Shown here piece after piece: positions 1-21,034 of a stretch of DNA of 64,000 nucleotides. The stretch is from the NCBI GenBank assembly GCA_012295275.1, contig CM022670.1, forward strand, positions 15,562,001 through 15,626,000. The letters are read 5' to 3'. Every line of letters begins with the position of its first letter. Within the stretch, counting starts at the first letter, position 1. The notes under the pieces were generated by a model. The model had not been told where the DNA came from, ran no database searches, and saw only the letters and a program-made list of their open reading frames with translations. This stretch comes from Chrysomallon squamiferum. Taxonomy: Eukaryota > Animalia > Mollusca. The position numbers and the translations under genes are program-made.

Positions 1-5235
<5,235 letters not shown>

Positions 5236-5480
5236 TAAAACATGCGTGAAATCTGCAGTTGTTTTACAAATCTTATATCACATAAACATATCCATATCCA
5301 TATATATATATAGACACATATACACGTGTACATAAAAAAATTAAAATTAAAAAATAAGTAAATAAATAAATAAATAAATAATAAAGAAAAAGAAATCGAA
5401 AAAATAAAAAAATAAGATGTATATAAATACCTAATAATTATGAATAAAATAAAAAAGAATTTGTACAAAAAATATATTTA

Positions 5481-5535
<55 letters not shown>

Positions 5536-5979
5536 GTAAATAATTAAGTAAATAAATATATAAAAATAAATAATAAAAATAATATAAAAGAAGAAGGAAA
5601 AAAATCGGAAAAAAAAATTTTGAATCATGGTTAAAACGTTACCTTTAATACAACACTAATAAGTATTTCTAAATTTTTTATATTTAATATTTAAAACTTA
5701 ATGTTTATAAGTAAATAAATCAGTATTTAGTAATTAAACAGATGATAATCGAGTTCAGTTATTTTAATTAGAACTGTTACTCATTTCAACTGACTGTCTG
5801 TCTGTCCGTGAAACATTCAAATTCTTAGAGGTTCATGTAAACATGTTTCTTTGTTTATACAACTGTATGTAAATAACATTTACAAATATTCATAGCAAAT
5901 GTATATTCTGTAGTTGATAAAATGAATGTACTTTAGACTGACCAATATATATATTCTGTTTTATTTTATTTTATTTATT

Positions 5980-6070
<91 letters not shown>

Positions 6071-6688
6071 TTGTTGTTGTTGTTGTTGTTGTCGTTGTCA
6101 TTTTTATTTGTTTTTATTTTTTTTTATTCTGAAGGCTGATGGTGATGAATTAAAATCACTTTTGTAACTCTGCCAATATCTACAAACAACATCTTGTTAA
6201 TGATATACGTGCTGAGTTTAGACATTAATCAAGTCCTGAGATTTCACCACAAGTTACAGATGTGCTTTTAACGCAAGTTTACGAAGAAAATAACAACACC
6301 AACAAATGATTTAATATTTTATTACCACTTTAGTACATTGTGCTGGCACTGTGCCATGTAAACCATGCCCCATTAAAATGAAAAAAAAGATGGCACACTG
6401 AACTGAAGTATATATTGCAGCCTGTATTGTAAATAAATTCACCTTGACAGACCGTTGTGAGTTTGCATTAATTTTTCGTTAACGTTAATTAATGGTATCA
6501 AAAGCTTGTTTGCTATTACAAGATATGAAAACTTTAAAAGAAAATGTTTAACATAAATAAGCCCTAAATTACTGATCTGTTTATAAGTATACTTTAAAAT
6601 AATAATGCAAAATAATAATAATTATATAAATAATAATATTTATAATAATAATAATAATAATAATAATGATAACTATAATAATTTGTTA

Positions 6689-6727
<39 letters not shown>

Positions 6728-6922
6728 TATAATTTTATTAAATAACAATAAAATGAAATAAGATTAATAATAACTGATGTAAGTATTGTACTAAAGGGAC
6801 TGAAATGAAATCTCTCTCTCTCGTCTTTCTTACACGTACGAAACACGTGCTCAAACACACACAGCCAAATCTTTTTCATCATCAATATTCCTAACTCAAA
6901 GATACATGTTTTATTTTATTTT

Positions 6923-9932
<3,010 letters not shown>

Positions 9933-10384
9933 ATTTGTTTCTGTTAAAATAAAAAATACGGTCTTAAAATTCCAAGGATCTACAATTATTTGACTGACGA
10001 CGAAAATGTATTTTGTAACGATAACGTAAAGGCCTTTAACTAATGAACAAATTATGTAATGCTATTATTTCATTACAGACACTTCAAGCACCTGTACTGT
10101 CGGTGATGTTGGTAGGAGATTGAAATGTTGACTGTATATAATTATGTTCAGATTTTCGTTGTTTGTTAGACAATACAGTTAAAATACTTTCTGATTCCTT
10201 ATATTTGATTTAATTTTTTTTTTAATTTTCTGACTAGTCAGGCTTTTTTTTATTATTATTATTTTTTTTTTTTTCGCCGTCTACTTTGCACAGTACAACA
10301 ATATCCTAATATCTGCATTATGAAAATGTAACTAGTAAACCGAAACGACTCATTCACAGGCATACTAAAATAATATGTTGTGAG

Positions 10385-10581
10385 CAGGGACGGATCTGTC
10401 ATGAAACTAATGAAGCTTAAGCTTCAGAACCCCTGATATTTATTGCCTCAAAATGTTAATCCAAATCTGAGATACCGTGATTAAATTTAACAAAAAAAAA
10501 AAAAAAAAAAAAAAATGTTGATCTGTTTGGTATCAAACTCATTGTACTTGCGAAAGCCCCCAAAATATAGGTCCGCCGTTG
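10385..10581. mobile_element. Degenerate hAT-type MITE
   Basis: Imperfect TIRs CAGGGACGGATCT ... TAGGTCCGCCGTTG, a subterminal palindrome GAAGCTTAAGCTTC, and flanking 8-mers GTTGTGAG / GTTGTATG (6/8 match, TSD-like). Confidence 0.55.
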
Positions 10582-11480
10582 GTTGTATGATCTAATATAC
10601 ATGTGTGTCTCACTATGTTTTATGTTCGACTAAATTATACACGGTATCTTCACCTTCACCATCGTTGGTAACAACAACAACAACAACAATAATAATGGTT
10701 ATTTTCACCTATTACACGTTAACAAACTTACGACTCAGTTTGTAACGACTTTTGCTTCTATAACCTTTGACCCGCGCATGTGACAGAGAAATATTTAGCC
10801 GTACAAACCATTGTTAACACCAGTTCATGGTCCCCCAGTGTTTAAACATACACCTAACACCATGTGACAACAACTACAAACCTGCACAAAACGTCTGCCT
10901 TTGAGGAAAGCAGAATACAGAGACTAACACGACACGTTGCAACGTAGACTTTGTTTACCTCTCGTTTCAGTCAGTAACTGGAAACTGCACGTGACCTACA
11001 TCGACCCACGCGTCATACTCAACACCGTAAAAAATCAATGCAGCTGCAAATTACACTCAGACATACAAGGGCAACATAATATTCTAAAACGTAATTTTTT
11101 TTATTACTTTTTTTTTTTTTTTTTCTTAAAATTATTCGTAAAGCATGCACTCGATCCAGATAGCATTTTGTGTTTTTGGCCTATTCATAAATGTTTTAAA
11201 TTCCTCTGTGTTCAGCATTATAAATTAAAAGCAGTACAGTGACGACATTAGTAAACAGAATATATGATATATATTCAATAAAAATTTCAAACAATGGAAT
11301 CTGTAAAACAATTTGGAACAAAGTATTAATATTAATTAACAGAAAAAAAGGAATATTTACGAGAAAAAAAGCTGTCTTTGTCCAAAACAAGACATTTTTG
11401 TAATTTATCACAAAACTGATTATATTTATGCATTTGCATTTATTTATTATTTAATTTATTAATTAATTATTTATATATAG

Positions 11481-11522
<42 letters not shown>

Positions 11523-11974
11523 TTTCTTAAAAAAAAAAAATAAAAAAAAAAAAAGATTTCAAAGAGGATTATGAGATATTAATAATGAATTATATCAATT
11601 AATAAATACAAAGACGAGGTTTTATAACCTTCACTTATGTGAAAACAAGTCAATGAAAATGATTCTGTAATAAACATATGCAAGTCTATGTTATGTATGA
11701 CACATAAATATAACCATAAATATTTTACGTTTTGGGGACAAACGTGCTTGTTCTAAAGTACAGACTATAGAAAACAAATACTATGATCAACTGAGTTGAA
11801 TCCTACGTGGGTGCTTTTGTTATTAATTGTATAACTGCATTGTTAAATAAATAAACAAATAAATAATATATATTTAAAAAAAGACCCAGTAGACCCAGAG
11901 ATTTAAACAAAACAGATAAAACATTTGATGAAGCAGATGGAGTCAGGTATGATTTTATTCCTACAGTCTATGAG

Positions 11975-12014
<40 letters not shown>

Positions 12015-12789
12015 CACTTTCTTAATTAAAATTGTTAATTTAAAAAATGTAAAACAGATTAATTTTACATTTTATTTTTATAATGTTTATTCATATTGTC
12101 ATTCCAACAAAGGTCACTTAACGTGTTGTCAGTTATGTTTTTTTTAAAATAAAATGTATAATTTTATACAATGAGCTAGAGAAAAGAAAGCAAATGTTTA
12201 AAGGTAAAAAACCCCAAAAATTTAACATAATTTGCAAAACAGTTCAAATTAACATATTTGCCAGTGTTTGGTAGTTTTTTTTTACAGGGGTAGTTCATTA
12301 TACATTACCCAAAAATATTAATTTCTTTTTCATATCACATTCGTTAATAACTATCTGTAATATGTTTATTTCAAAATATTAAGAAAGGCATTATTTAACT
12401 CTTTTTTTTAAAATTATTACTATTTTTAATTTCGTGTATGATAAAATTGTAAAAAGCATTATTTCATTTTAAAGAATTGTAACAAACTATCATTCACAGT
12501 TCACTGCCTTTCAAGCTAAAAAAGTAGTAGCTTTAAGCAAGTATCAAAACTGCGTAAGACTAGTGAATAATCATGGAAATTACATATTACAACATTTCTT
12601 TCTAAAATGAAAACAATGTTTTTTTCTCTGGATAGGTAAGAAAATCCTTCAGCAGTAGTAAATTTCCTTTAATCAACTTGCCAAGAAAATGGCAGAAATC
12701 TACCTAATAAGTAACCATTGATTAGTGATGAGTTGAAATTTTGCTCTTTTTGAGTAGATCTCCAAACAGTTCTGATAAAGCAAGCAGAA

Positions 12790-12873
<84 letters not shown>

Positions 12874-12876
12874 AGG

Positions 12877-12950
<74 letters not shown>

Positions 12951-12978
12951 AGTTATCTCAACTGGCTTAAAATCTTAC

Positions 12979-13133
12979 ATTAACACAGAAAAGACAGGAA
13001 AGTCTGTGAAGATGGTTAGGGTCACGTGACATCTGCAGAAATTTGGGCACGATGGTCTGCTGAGTCCAATCTAAGCCAAACTTTTCCACCAACTTCTTCA
13101 CATTCTCAGCTGCTGCTTCTCAAATGGTTTACA
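12979..13133 (-). pseudogene. PPP2R1A: Isolated pseudo-exon of PP2A scaffold subunit A (HEAT repeat)
   Basis: Translates (V)[49 protein letters not shown]|gtaag, matching PPP2R1[21 protein letters not shown]...DPNYLHRMTTLFCIN. It has two in-frame stops, an acceptor mutated AG>AA, and an intact donor. Confidence 0.88.
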
Positions 13134-13226
13134 TTAAAAATAATTACTTAAAATTTAAAGCCATTTATCTGATGTTACTGCATTAATGATTTCAAACTTA
13201 CTGTTAGCGTTATTATTATATGTGTA

Positions 13227-13268
<42 letters not shown>

Positions 13269-14139
13269 TTAACATTTTTGATTATTTGTGATCTGTGAAT
13301 AGTGAATAGGTAATTAATTTTTTTCTATTATAATGATGTATGCCCTGAAGACGACCATATAGAGTTGTCGTTCCTGAACAGTTTCAAATCGGGTACTACC
13401 AGTTCACTTCATCTGGCTAATAAACAATATTTGCAAAAATACAAGGCAGAATGTGAAAGAAGGTAGGTCCGAATGTCCCATTTTTTTTTTTCTAATATTC
13501 AGTTATCATTTTTTACTTGTTTCCCTGTTTTGCTTTATTATTTCAGTTACGTTATTTGCTGAGAATACAAATATATTTCCAAAAATAACTATTTTCTACC
13601 CTAAATATTTCAATGAAATTTTGCATACTATTTGAGAAATGCATCATTTGTATTTTGTATATGATTTAAAGTCTCGTGTACATACGACGATCATTTTGAA
13701 ACGGTAAATTTGTAAGTTGATTCTCCGTTGTTTATCAAAGATGACATGCCAAAAAATCGGTACCCTACTGTGAATATGAAAACTATGTCATGATGTTTGT
13801 TGTTTTTGAAATTATGGTAAAAAGAACTGTGAAACAGAAACGCGAGTGAGGGAATCCTTTTGAAGGTAAAATAAAAACGCGTCACAGCAACCAGGCGACC
13901 TTCAGCAGCGGCGCACTGTCGTCTTTTGTCACATACCTAATCATATAATTATAATTAATTTAATTATATTAATAGAACAATCCAGTAATTCTTTTCAAAG
14001 AAATTATTAAATTCATTCCAATATCTATTGTTAGTAGTAGAAATATTAATGTTTTCAGGTAACAAAACATATTTAAAAAAAATAAAATAAAATAAAAAAA
14101 TGAAATAATAATAAAAATTAAAATAAAACGGTTGATTAG

Positions 14140-14353
14140 GTGACTGAAGAGTGGACCATTGCCACCATGACTAGTCTGACTGATATTAATACCTTTAGGT
14201 TGGCTCGTCCCGTCAAAAGGGTAGCAGACTATAGCGTCACGTGACAAGGTTTTACTGACCTGAGACAGCTTAAACTACTAAATGACTATTCTGACCCCAC
14301 AAGAAGTGAATATGGGCAATTGTTTTATATCTTAGATAAATTAACCACCAGTG
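14140..14353 (+). other. Unidentified exon-like segment with one in-frame TGA
   Basis: ag|GTG...AGT G|gtaac; 71 codons open except TGA at 14242; contains GCCACCATG; GC-richer than its flanks. No family recognised. Confidence 0.3.
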
Positions 14354-15572
14354 GTAACATTCTAACTAATCTTTTAATTATTAAAATAAGTTATCTTAGT
14401 TTGTTACTTAGTTTTTTAAGAGTAAGTAAATACCACAGAATAACACTATAAAATATCCAATAGAAAAATGTTTGGCTGTCTTCTATCAATCAACATGCAT
14501 GTTAACATAAAAAAAATAATAATAATAAAAAAAAAAAAATTAAATTACAATTGCCTGATCGATCTTTTGTCTTGATTACACGTCCCTCAGACAACGTGTC
14601 GCCAGACGACGCACCGATCAAACGATATCGTTTAACACACACGACGCCTATTTATAGAGATTACGCGCGTTCATGAAACACCTCTACAGACAGCCTTTCT
14701 GATATTATTTTGCCAATTTTGAGTTTGTTATAAAGTGTTTCTGAGTTTATATTTTCCTTGTACAGGTAAAACAAACTTAATTTTGGGTAAGATATTTTTT
14801 TTTTTATTTTACTTATTAATTAATTAATCATTTAGCGATCGTTTATTTTTGAGAAATATAACAAATGTGATAACAATTGTTACATTTAATTTCTACATTG
14901 GCTGTCTCAGACATAATCTCAGGGTTTTCCATGGAAATAAGAAAAATCTCATTTGATTTTCTTCCCATTCTCATAGTTATGCTCCCAGATAATAATAATA
15001 ATAATAATAATAATAATAGTAGTGGGTATTAGTTGTTGTTGTAGAGTGGAAATTCCTACTTCCTGATAGAGGTCAAATAGAGAATGTTTTAGAAATAGTT
15101 CATTATTTCACCTGTAAATTAATTATATCATTTAAGGTTCGTTTCTTTTTGTTATATATTTCAAATGTGATAACAACGTTTTATTTAATTAGCTCGAAAA
15201 GACTAATTTAATTTTTTTTTTCTCTAGCTATGCTCACAAATAATAATAATAATAATAATAATAAATAGCAGTAGTAGTAGTAGTAGTAGTAGTAGTAGCA
15301 TCAGTAGTAGTTGTTGTTGTATTGGTGTAGAGTAGTATGTAATGATAAAGGTAATACTGGGAATGTTCTAAAAATGTTAAGATGATATTTATACAGCGAC
15401 CTTATGAATATCTGCATGTATTAAATAAAACTTGCTGAATGCTCGCTGTTCATGAAAAATTTCATTTATTATTATTGTCATTATTTTACTTAAATACTTC
15501 TTTATTTTTATTATTTTTTATTTTATTGTAAAGATGACCGTTGAAGACTGGTGACTTAAGTTCCAGAGGAAA

Positions 15573-16343
15573 ATGTCGCTTAACGAATTACTTTTGATTG
15601 ACATGAATGCTAATGGACCTTCTGTAAAAGGTAAGACAGAAACAAGAAAACAACTGATTGCCCAGTTATTAAGAGAAGAAGGACCTATGTTAGTTTTCAC
15701 GCAAGCGTTTCTCTGGAAAGATATTCATAAAGGAGCATGGAAAAATATTAAAGTACCAGAGTGGTATAAATACATAGGGCACGATCACGCTGGATTCATT
15801 TATGACACAGAAATGGTAACTATGACTCGTCTTGATTATAGCCGAATAGTTCGTCGCGTATACGAATATCTGAGTGAAAAGAATGATTCATCCAAGACAG
15901 CAGAACTTTCCAGAATGTGCATTTGTATGATGGAAAGTAATGGCAAGCCAAGATTTAAATATCTCTGTATTTCATGGCATGGACCTCACAATAAAATCAC
16001 AGAAAAGGCAATAGAAAAGGTCACGCGTTTTTTCAGTGAAATGGTGATTTTGATGAAGGCTGTATTCAAATGTCCTGTGATTGTCGGTGGTGATTTCAAT
16101 CTGGAGGCAAGATTAGTTAAAAAGTGCATTCCTAAAGGACTGCGTGTGAAACAACCATCGGAGACCTCACCAGACATGTTCCTATGTGAGACATCGATAA
16201 AAATCGATACATTTCAGTCGATATCCTTCCCTGACGAAGAAGAAAAAGAAAAGAAACAAAGGGCATTCGATCATGTCCCATTGAAGATAACACTTCAACT
16301 ACAAAAACAAAAATTATATTCCGCTGTGTGTCGTGAAGAATAA
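15573..16343 (+). CDS. Stand-alone EEP (exonuclease/endonuclease/phosphatase, DNase I-like fold) protein, copy 1, 256 aa; catalytic QE motif changed to QA
   Basis: Motifs in EEP order: IDMNANG, LVFTQA (QE in copy 2), ISWHG, IVGGDFN, PDMFL, AFDHVPL. CDS intronless; 5'UTR intron 14787-15533; TATA-like CTATTTATA near 14648. Confidence 0.8.
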   Translation: MSLNELLLIDMNANGPSVKGKTETRKQLIAQLLREEGPMLVFTQAFLWKDIHKGAWKNIKVPEWYKYIGHDHAGFIYDTEMVTMTRLDYSRIVRRVYEYLSEKNDSSKTAELSRMCICMMESNGKPRFKYLCISWHGPHNKITEKAIEKVTRFFSEMVILMKAVFKCPVIVGGDFNLEARLVKKCIPKGLRVKQPSETSPDMFLCETSIKIDTFQSISFPDEEEKEKKQRAFDHVPLKITLQLQKQKLYSAVCREE

Positions 16344-16576
16344 TTCTCAAAGGGAGATTTTCTCACTAAAAGTGTAGATGATAATGATGATATTAATAAT
16401 AATAACAACAACAACAACAACAACAATGACTGATATCTAACTTCAGAGATATTAACTAACAGTAATAAAAAGTGTACATAGAATGTTTTTTTGTATCATT
16501 AGTTTTGAACTGTGTCTGATAAAGAATTCTTTGTATTAATATAATTCCTGTTTTTTTTTTTTTAAATTTATATCGT

Positions 16577-17015
16577 TTTAATATTGTTTTATGTCAGTAA
16601 CAGTTTGAATACAATAGTTTTATGTCAAACATGAGTTTGGATACAATACTGTTTTGTCAGTAACATGTTTGAATACAATACTTTTTATATCAGTAATATC
16701 AGTTTAAATACAATACCGTTTTATGTCCATGACATCAGTTTGAATACAATATTATTTTATGTCAGTAACATCAGTTTGAATATAATATTGTTTTATGTCT
16801 AACATGAGTTTGAATACAATAGTTTTATGTCAAATATCAGTTTGAATACAATACTGTTTTGTCAGTAACATGTTTGAATACAATACTGTTTTATATCAGT
16901 AACATCAGTTTGAATACAATATTGCTTTATGTCAGTAACATGGGTTTTGAATACAAATATTGTTTTATGTCAGTGACATGGCTTTGAATACAGTATTGTT
17001 TTATGTCAGTAATTA
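16577..17015. repeat. 32-36 bp minisatellite (TTTGAATACAATAYTGTTTTATGTCAGTAACATCAG), about 13 copies
   Basis: Units counted by eye downstream of EEP copy 1; about 2 units at 20365-20432 and 1 unit at ~21135-21167. Confidence 0.9.
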
Positions 17016-17040
17016 TCAATTTCAATTTACCTAAATTTAC

Positions 17041-17115
17041 CTGATCTAAAAGTATGGAATTTCAATTCCTCCAAGTCTTCTGGCAGCTCCAGTTCTGACC
17101 TCGAACGACATCAAC
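17041..17115 (-). pseudogene. CBS: Duplicated, further-decayed CBS pseudo-exon
   Basis: tttatag|GTTGATGTC...TTAGATCAG|gtaaat; homologous to 20473-20590 but lacking the [13 protein letters not shown] segment. Confidence 0.75.
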
Positions 17116-17254
17116 CTATAAACACACAAAATAGTTTTATTATTTGAAAGAAGTTGACACACACACACACACACACACACTTGCAGTCTATAATTTCTTA
17201 CCTTACAAGCCATCAATTAACAATAAATGTAATGTTAGGCAAATCAAAAGACTG

Positions 17255-17380
17255 TTCCGGAAGGCTGATGAATATGATGTAAATTCAGATGATGAACAGT
17301 GCTGTGTTTGTCCCAGATTTCGACCAGTCGTGATGAAAAATATACCATTTATTGAATTTGTCAAGTGGGCCAATGCTTGA
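17255..17380 (+). mobile_element. Fragment resembling the C-terminal PHD-finger region of pogo/DDE-1-type transposases
   Basis: DEYDVNSDDEQCCVCPRFRP..MKNIPFIEFVKW(A)QC (last part needs a frameshift): acidic tract, CxxC and KWxQC. Family assignment is from memory. Confidence 0.4.
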
Positions 17381-19324
17381 AATAAAAAGTATGTAGTATC
17401 AGTAAAAACATGAAATTACAGTATTAACAGATTATTAGGTTAGTGATATAAACACGGGCATAAAAAGACTGAACGCAAGAAACAAAAACGGAAAAAAATG
17501 TAAACATTGAAGATAGTTTGACTGATGATGCAGTTAAAATTGTTAAATGTTGTTAATTTTTCCCAGCTGGTAATTATTATCATCATCATGGCATTGATGA
17601 CCCACCATACATTGTTTCCAGTTATTTGGAGTTATTGTTCTTGGATGTCGACCTACGACAACTCACTTAGACGTTCTGCGTCAAAACCCATATTGCATTA
17701 AAAAGGTAAGAATGTTACATTATACACATACTACTAACTAGAACCAAACAAAAACTCGCAATATATTTTGAATTTAATTAAGTATATATATTACGTTATG
17801 TCTCTGTCAGTAATAACAAAAACATCGCTATTTCTGCACAACTCGAGATTGTTGCTTAACAGTTATCAGTCAAAACCGATACCACGACGATATAATTGTT
17901 AGTAAAGTAATAAGGAAACAAGTTGTTATTACCTAAACCTCTTCATTTCTTAATTCATCGATTAAAACTGATGTAGGATACTGAGAATTATCTGCAGTCA
18001 CTGACAGCCGTATTTAATTTTAGAATGATCTTTTTGTCATAAATATTCACTTTATTTTTGTTGTGCATCAGTTACCGTTTTACTTTGCACCATGAAAGAT
18101 GAAAGAAGACGAAAACACACACAAACACACACAAACACAAACACACAAACACTCCGTACACACATATTACACACACTAATACACAATCACATCCATATAT
18201 ACTACACATGCGCCTAGAGCATACTTAGATGGATTTAGTTTTCAATAACTATATTTTAGTTTGTATGTATGTATCTATATATGTATGCACGAATGTATTT
18301 ATCTGTTTGTAAGCAAACATGTGTTTGTCCGTGTATGCATGGGTCTGTGCGCCCTTGTGTTAATGTACAGTATTATTTATTTTCAGTAGAAACTGACATT
18401 GTGACAGTCACCCTTGAAATATTTCCAGTTTTCACTGTGGTCATTCTTCTAATAACAGACTTCACATCACAGGGTTTCTCCAAAAACTTGATTTAACCAG
18501 ATCAGTTATTGTTAATTTTCAACTTGTACAGTTAAAACAAACTGTTAGTTTTTGGTAAGATATCTTAATTTACTTTCCTTATAAGTTAATTAATTATTTA
18601 ACTTTAATTTCTTTTTGCCATGTATTTCAAATCTGATGATAATTGTTAAATTTAATTTTGACAGTGCATGTCTCAGACACATAATCTCATTTTATTTTCC
18701 TCCCCTCATTGATATGCTCCCAGATAACATTAATAATAAGTAATAACAGTATAATAGTAGGTAATAATTGTTGTAGAATGGCAATTCCTGCATCCTGATA
18801 GAGGTAAAACAGGGGATGTTTTATAAATTAATTTTATCATTTAAGGTTTGTCGTATATTTTAAATGTGATAATAATGGTTTATTTAATTTCAAAAGTGTC
18901 TGTCTCGGCCATACATATTCTAGAATATTTTTTTAAAACTCATTTTAGTATTAAGATTTTTTTCCTCTAGCTAATGTTTCAAATAATAATAATAACATTA
19001 GTAGCATTAATAATAATAATAATAACAACAACATGTAGTAGTAGCAGTTGCTGTTGTTTTGTAGAATTGCTGTAGAGTAGTAGAATGTTCCAAAAATAAT
19101 TCATTTATAAAATATTAACATGGTATTTGTACATCAACCTTATGAATGTCTGCTTCATATTAAATAAAACTTGCCAACTTGCTGTTCATGAAAAAGTTCA
19201 TTTATTATTATTATTTTACTTAAATAGTGCTTTATTTTTATTTTATTTAATTTTTATTATTTTATTTCTTTTTTTATTGTAAAGACTGACTGTTGAAGAA
19301 TGCTGACTCAAGTTCCAGAGGAAT

Positions 19325-20037
19325 ATGTCTGAATTACATTTGATTGACATGAATGCTAATGGACCTTCTAAACAAGGCATGAGAGAAATCAGAAAACAAA
19401 CAATTGCCAAGTTGTTAAGAGAAGAAAAACCTCTGTTAGTTTTCATGCAAGAGTTTCTCTGGTCAGATATCCATAAAAGAGCATGGAAAGAGATTGATGT
19501 GCCAGACTACTATCAGTACATAGGGCACAAAGAAGCTGGATTTGTTTATGACACAAGAGAGGTAACTGTGACACGTCTTGATCACAATAGAAAATTTTTC
19601 GGATACATGAAAGGTTGACAAAAAATCATGATCCATCCACAACAGCAGAACGTTCCAGAATGAGCATTTGTATTATGGAAAGTAAAGGTGAACCGAGATT
19701 TAAATATCTCTGTATTTCTTGGCATGGACGTCACAAAATAAAACAAGAGGCAATTAGAAATGTCACACGTTTTTTTGGTAAAATGGTGATTTTGCTGAGA
19801 GATAAATTTGAATGTCCTGTGATTGTTGGTGGTGATTTCAATCTGAAGGCAAAATTTGTAAAAAGGTGCATTCCTGATGAACTGTATGTAAATGAACCAT
19901 CAGATACCTCAATAGATATGTTCCTGCATGACAGTAAATCGGTAAAAATCAATAAACTTGAAGTGATAAAGTGGGTTGATGAAGAACAAGAAAATGCATT
20001 CGATCACGAGCCACTGAAATTAGCACTTCAAATATAA
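19325..20037 (+). pseudogene. Stand-alone EEP protein, copy 2, split by a 1-nt frameshift (pseudogene or homopolymer error)
   Basis: ORFs 19325..19618 and 19615..20037 both align to copy 1. Adding one T to the T5 run at 19595-19599 gives NRKFFRIHERLTKN, collinear with copy 1 SRIVRRVYEYLSEK. All catalytic motifs are present (MNANG, MQE, SWHG, GDFN, IDMF, FDHEP). Confidence 0.75.
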
Positions 20038-20472
20038 AAATAAAAATTATCTTCCTCTATGTATCATGATGAATAATTCTCAATGGTCTTCACATGTCAG
20101 CCTATTCAAAGAAAAAAATCTGTATGATGATGATGAAAATAATAATAATAATAAAATAACAACAATAATTGCTATCCAACTTCAGAGAATATTAACTAAC
20201 TAATAAAATATAAACAAAACAACTTTGAATTGTAAAAAGTACTTAGAATGTTCCCTTGTATCATTTGCTTTGAACTGTCTGATAAAGATTTCTTTTTATT
20301 AATATAATTCCTTCCTTTTTTTAAATTTTAAATCAGTTCTGATATTGTTTGAAATCATATCAGTTTAAATACAATACTATTTTATGTCAGTAACATCAGT
20401 TTGAATACAATACTGTTTTATGTAAGTAATATCAAAAGTTTTTTTTTTTTTCAATGATTAAGCTAACTTTAC

Positions 20473-20996
20473 CTGATCTAAAAGTATGGAATTTGAAATT
20501 TCCTCCAAAAGTCTCCTGGCAGCTCCAGTGTGAGACTGAGGTGAATCAAACGTTGCTGATGTTGGTGTTCTGACCTTGAAGAACATCAACCTATAAACAC
20601 ACAAAACAGTTTTATTATTTGAAAGAAGTTAACATACATGCTACTTTTATACACACATTTGCAGTCTATAATTTCTTACCTTACAAGCCATCAATTTGCA
20701 GTTAGAAACAGTATAAAAATTCAAACAATCATTTTGAACAAGCCATCAATAAAAATCCCTAACCATTTTTGTTGTTCTTCTCTCCTCTTTATTTTTCACT
20801 GGTTTTAATAAACAAAAACTTGACCATTTTTTTTTTACTCATTTTCTCAGGCATCCCAATAATACATTGATATCCTTTCATTGCAAAGAAGAAGAAACTT
20901 TAGAGCTAATTGATCCACATTATCACTAAATAAAATATTGGGGGCATAATAATTTCTGTGTATCATTTACTTTGACTAATGTCTGATAAAGAATTC

Positions 20997-21034
<38 letters not shown>

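Larger units (their letters stand above)
14757..20696. repeat. Tandem segmental duplication: unit 1 ~14757-17218, unit 2 ~18523-20696
   Basis: Collinear homology across the 5'UTR donor (TTTTGG|gtaagatat), the intron, the acceptor (ttgtaaag|), the EEP ORF, the 3'UTR, the CBS pseudo-exon and the terminal TTTCTTACCTTACAAGCCATCAATT. Confidence 0.9.

Noticed and set aside
13343-13380. Hammerhead-ribozyme-like CTGAAGA plus stem II (GACGAC...GTTGTC)
   Set aside because: The required GAAA and stem III/UH are absent (reads GTTCC); at most a dead Penelope-type remnant.
16577-17015. CRISPR-like array next to a nuclease gene
   Set aside because: Units are contiguous and degenerate with no unique spacers, in a eukaryotic context; it is a minisatellite.
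15573-20037. EEP ORFs as the endonuclease of an intact LINE or Helentron
   Set aside because: No RT, Rep or helicase ORF follows; both end at stops right after the domain and have spliced 5'UTRs.
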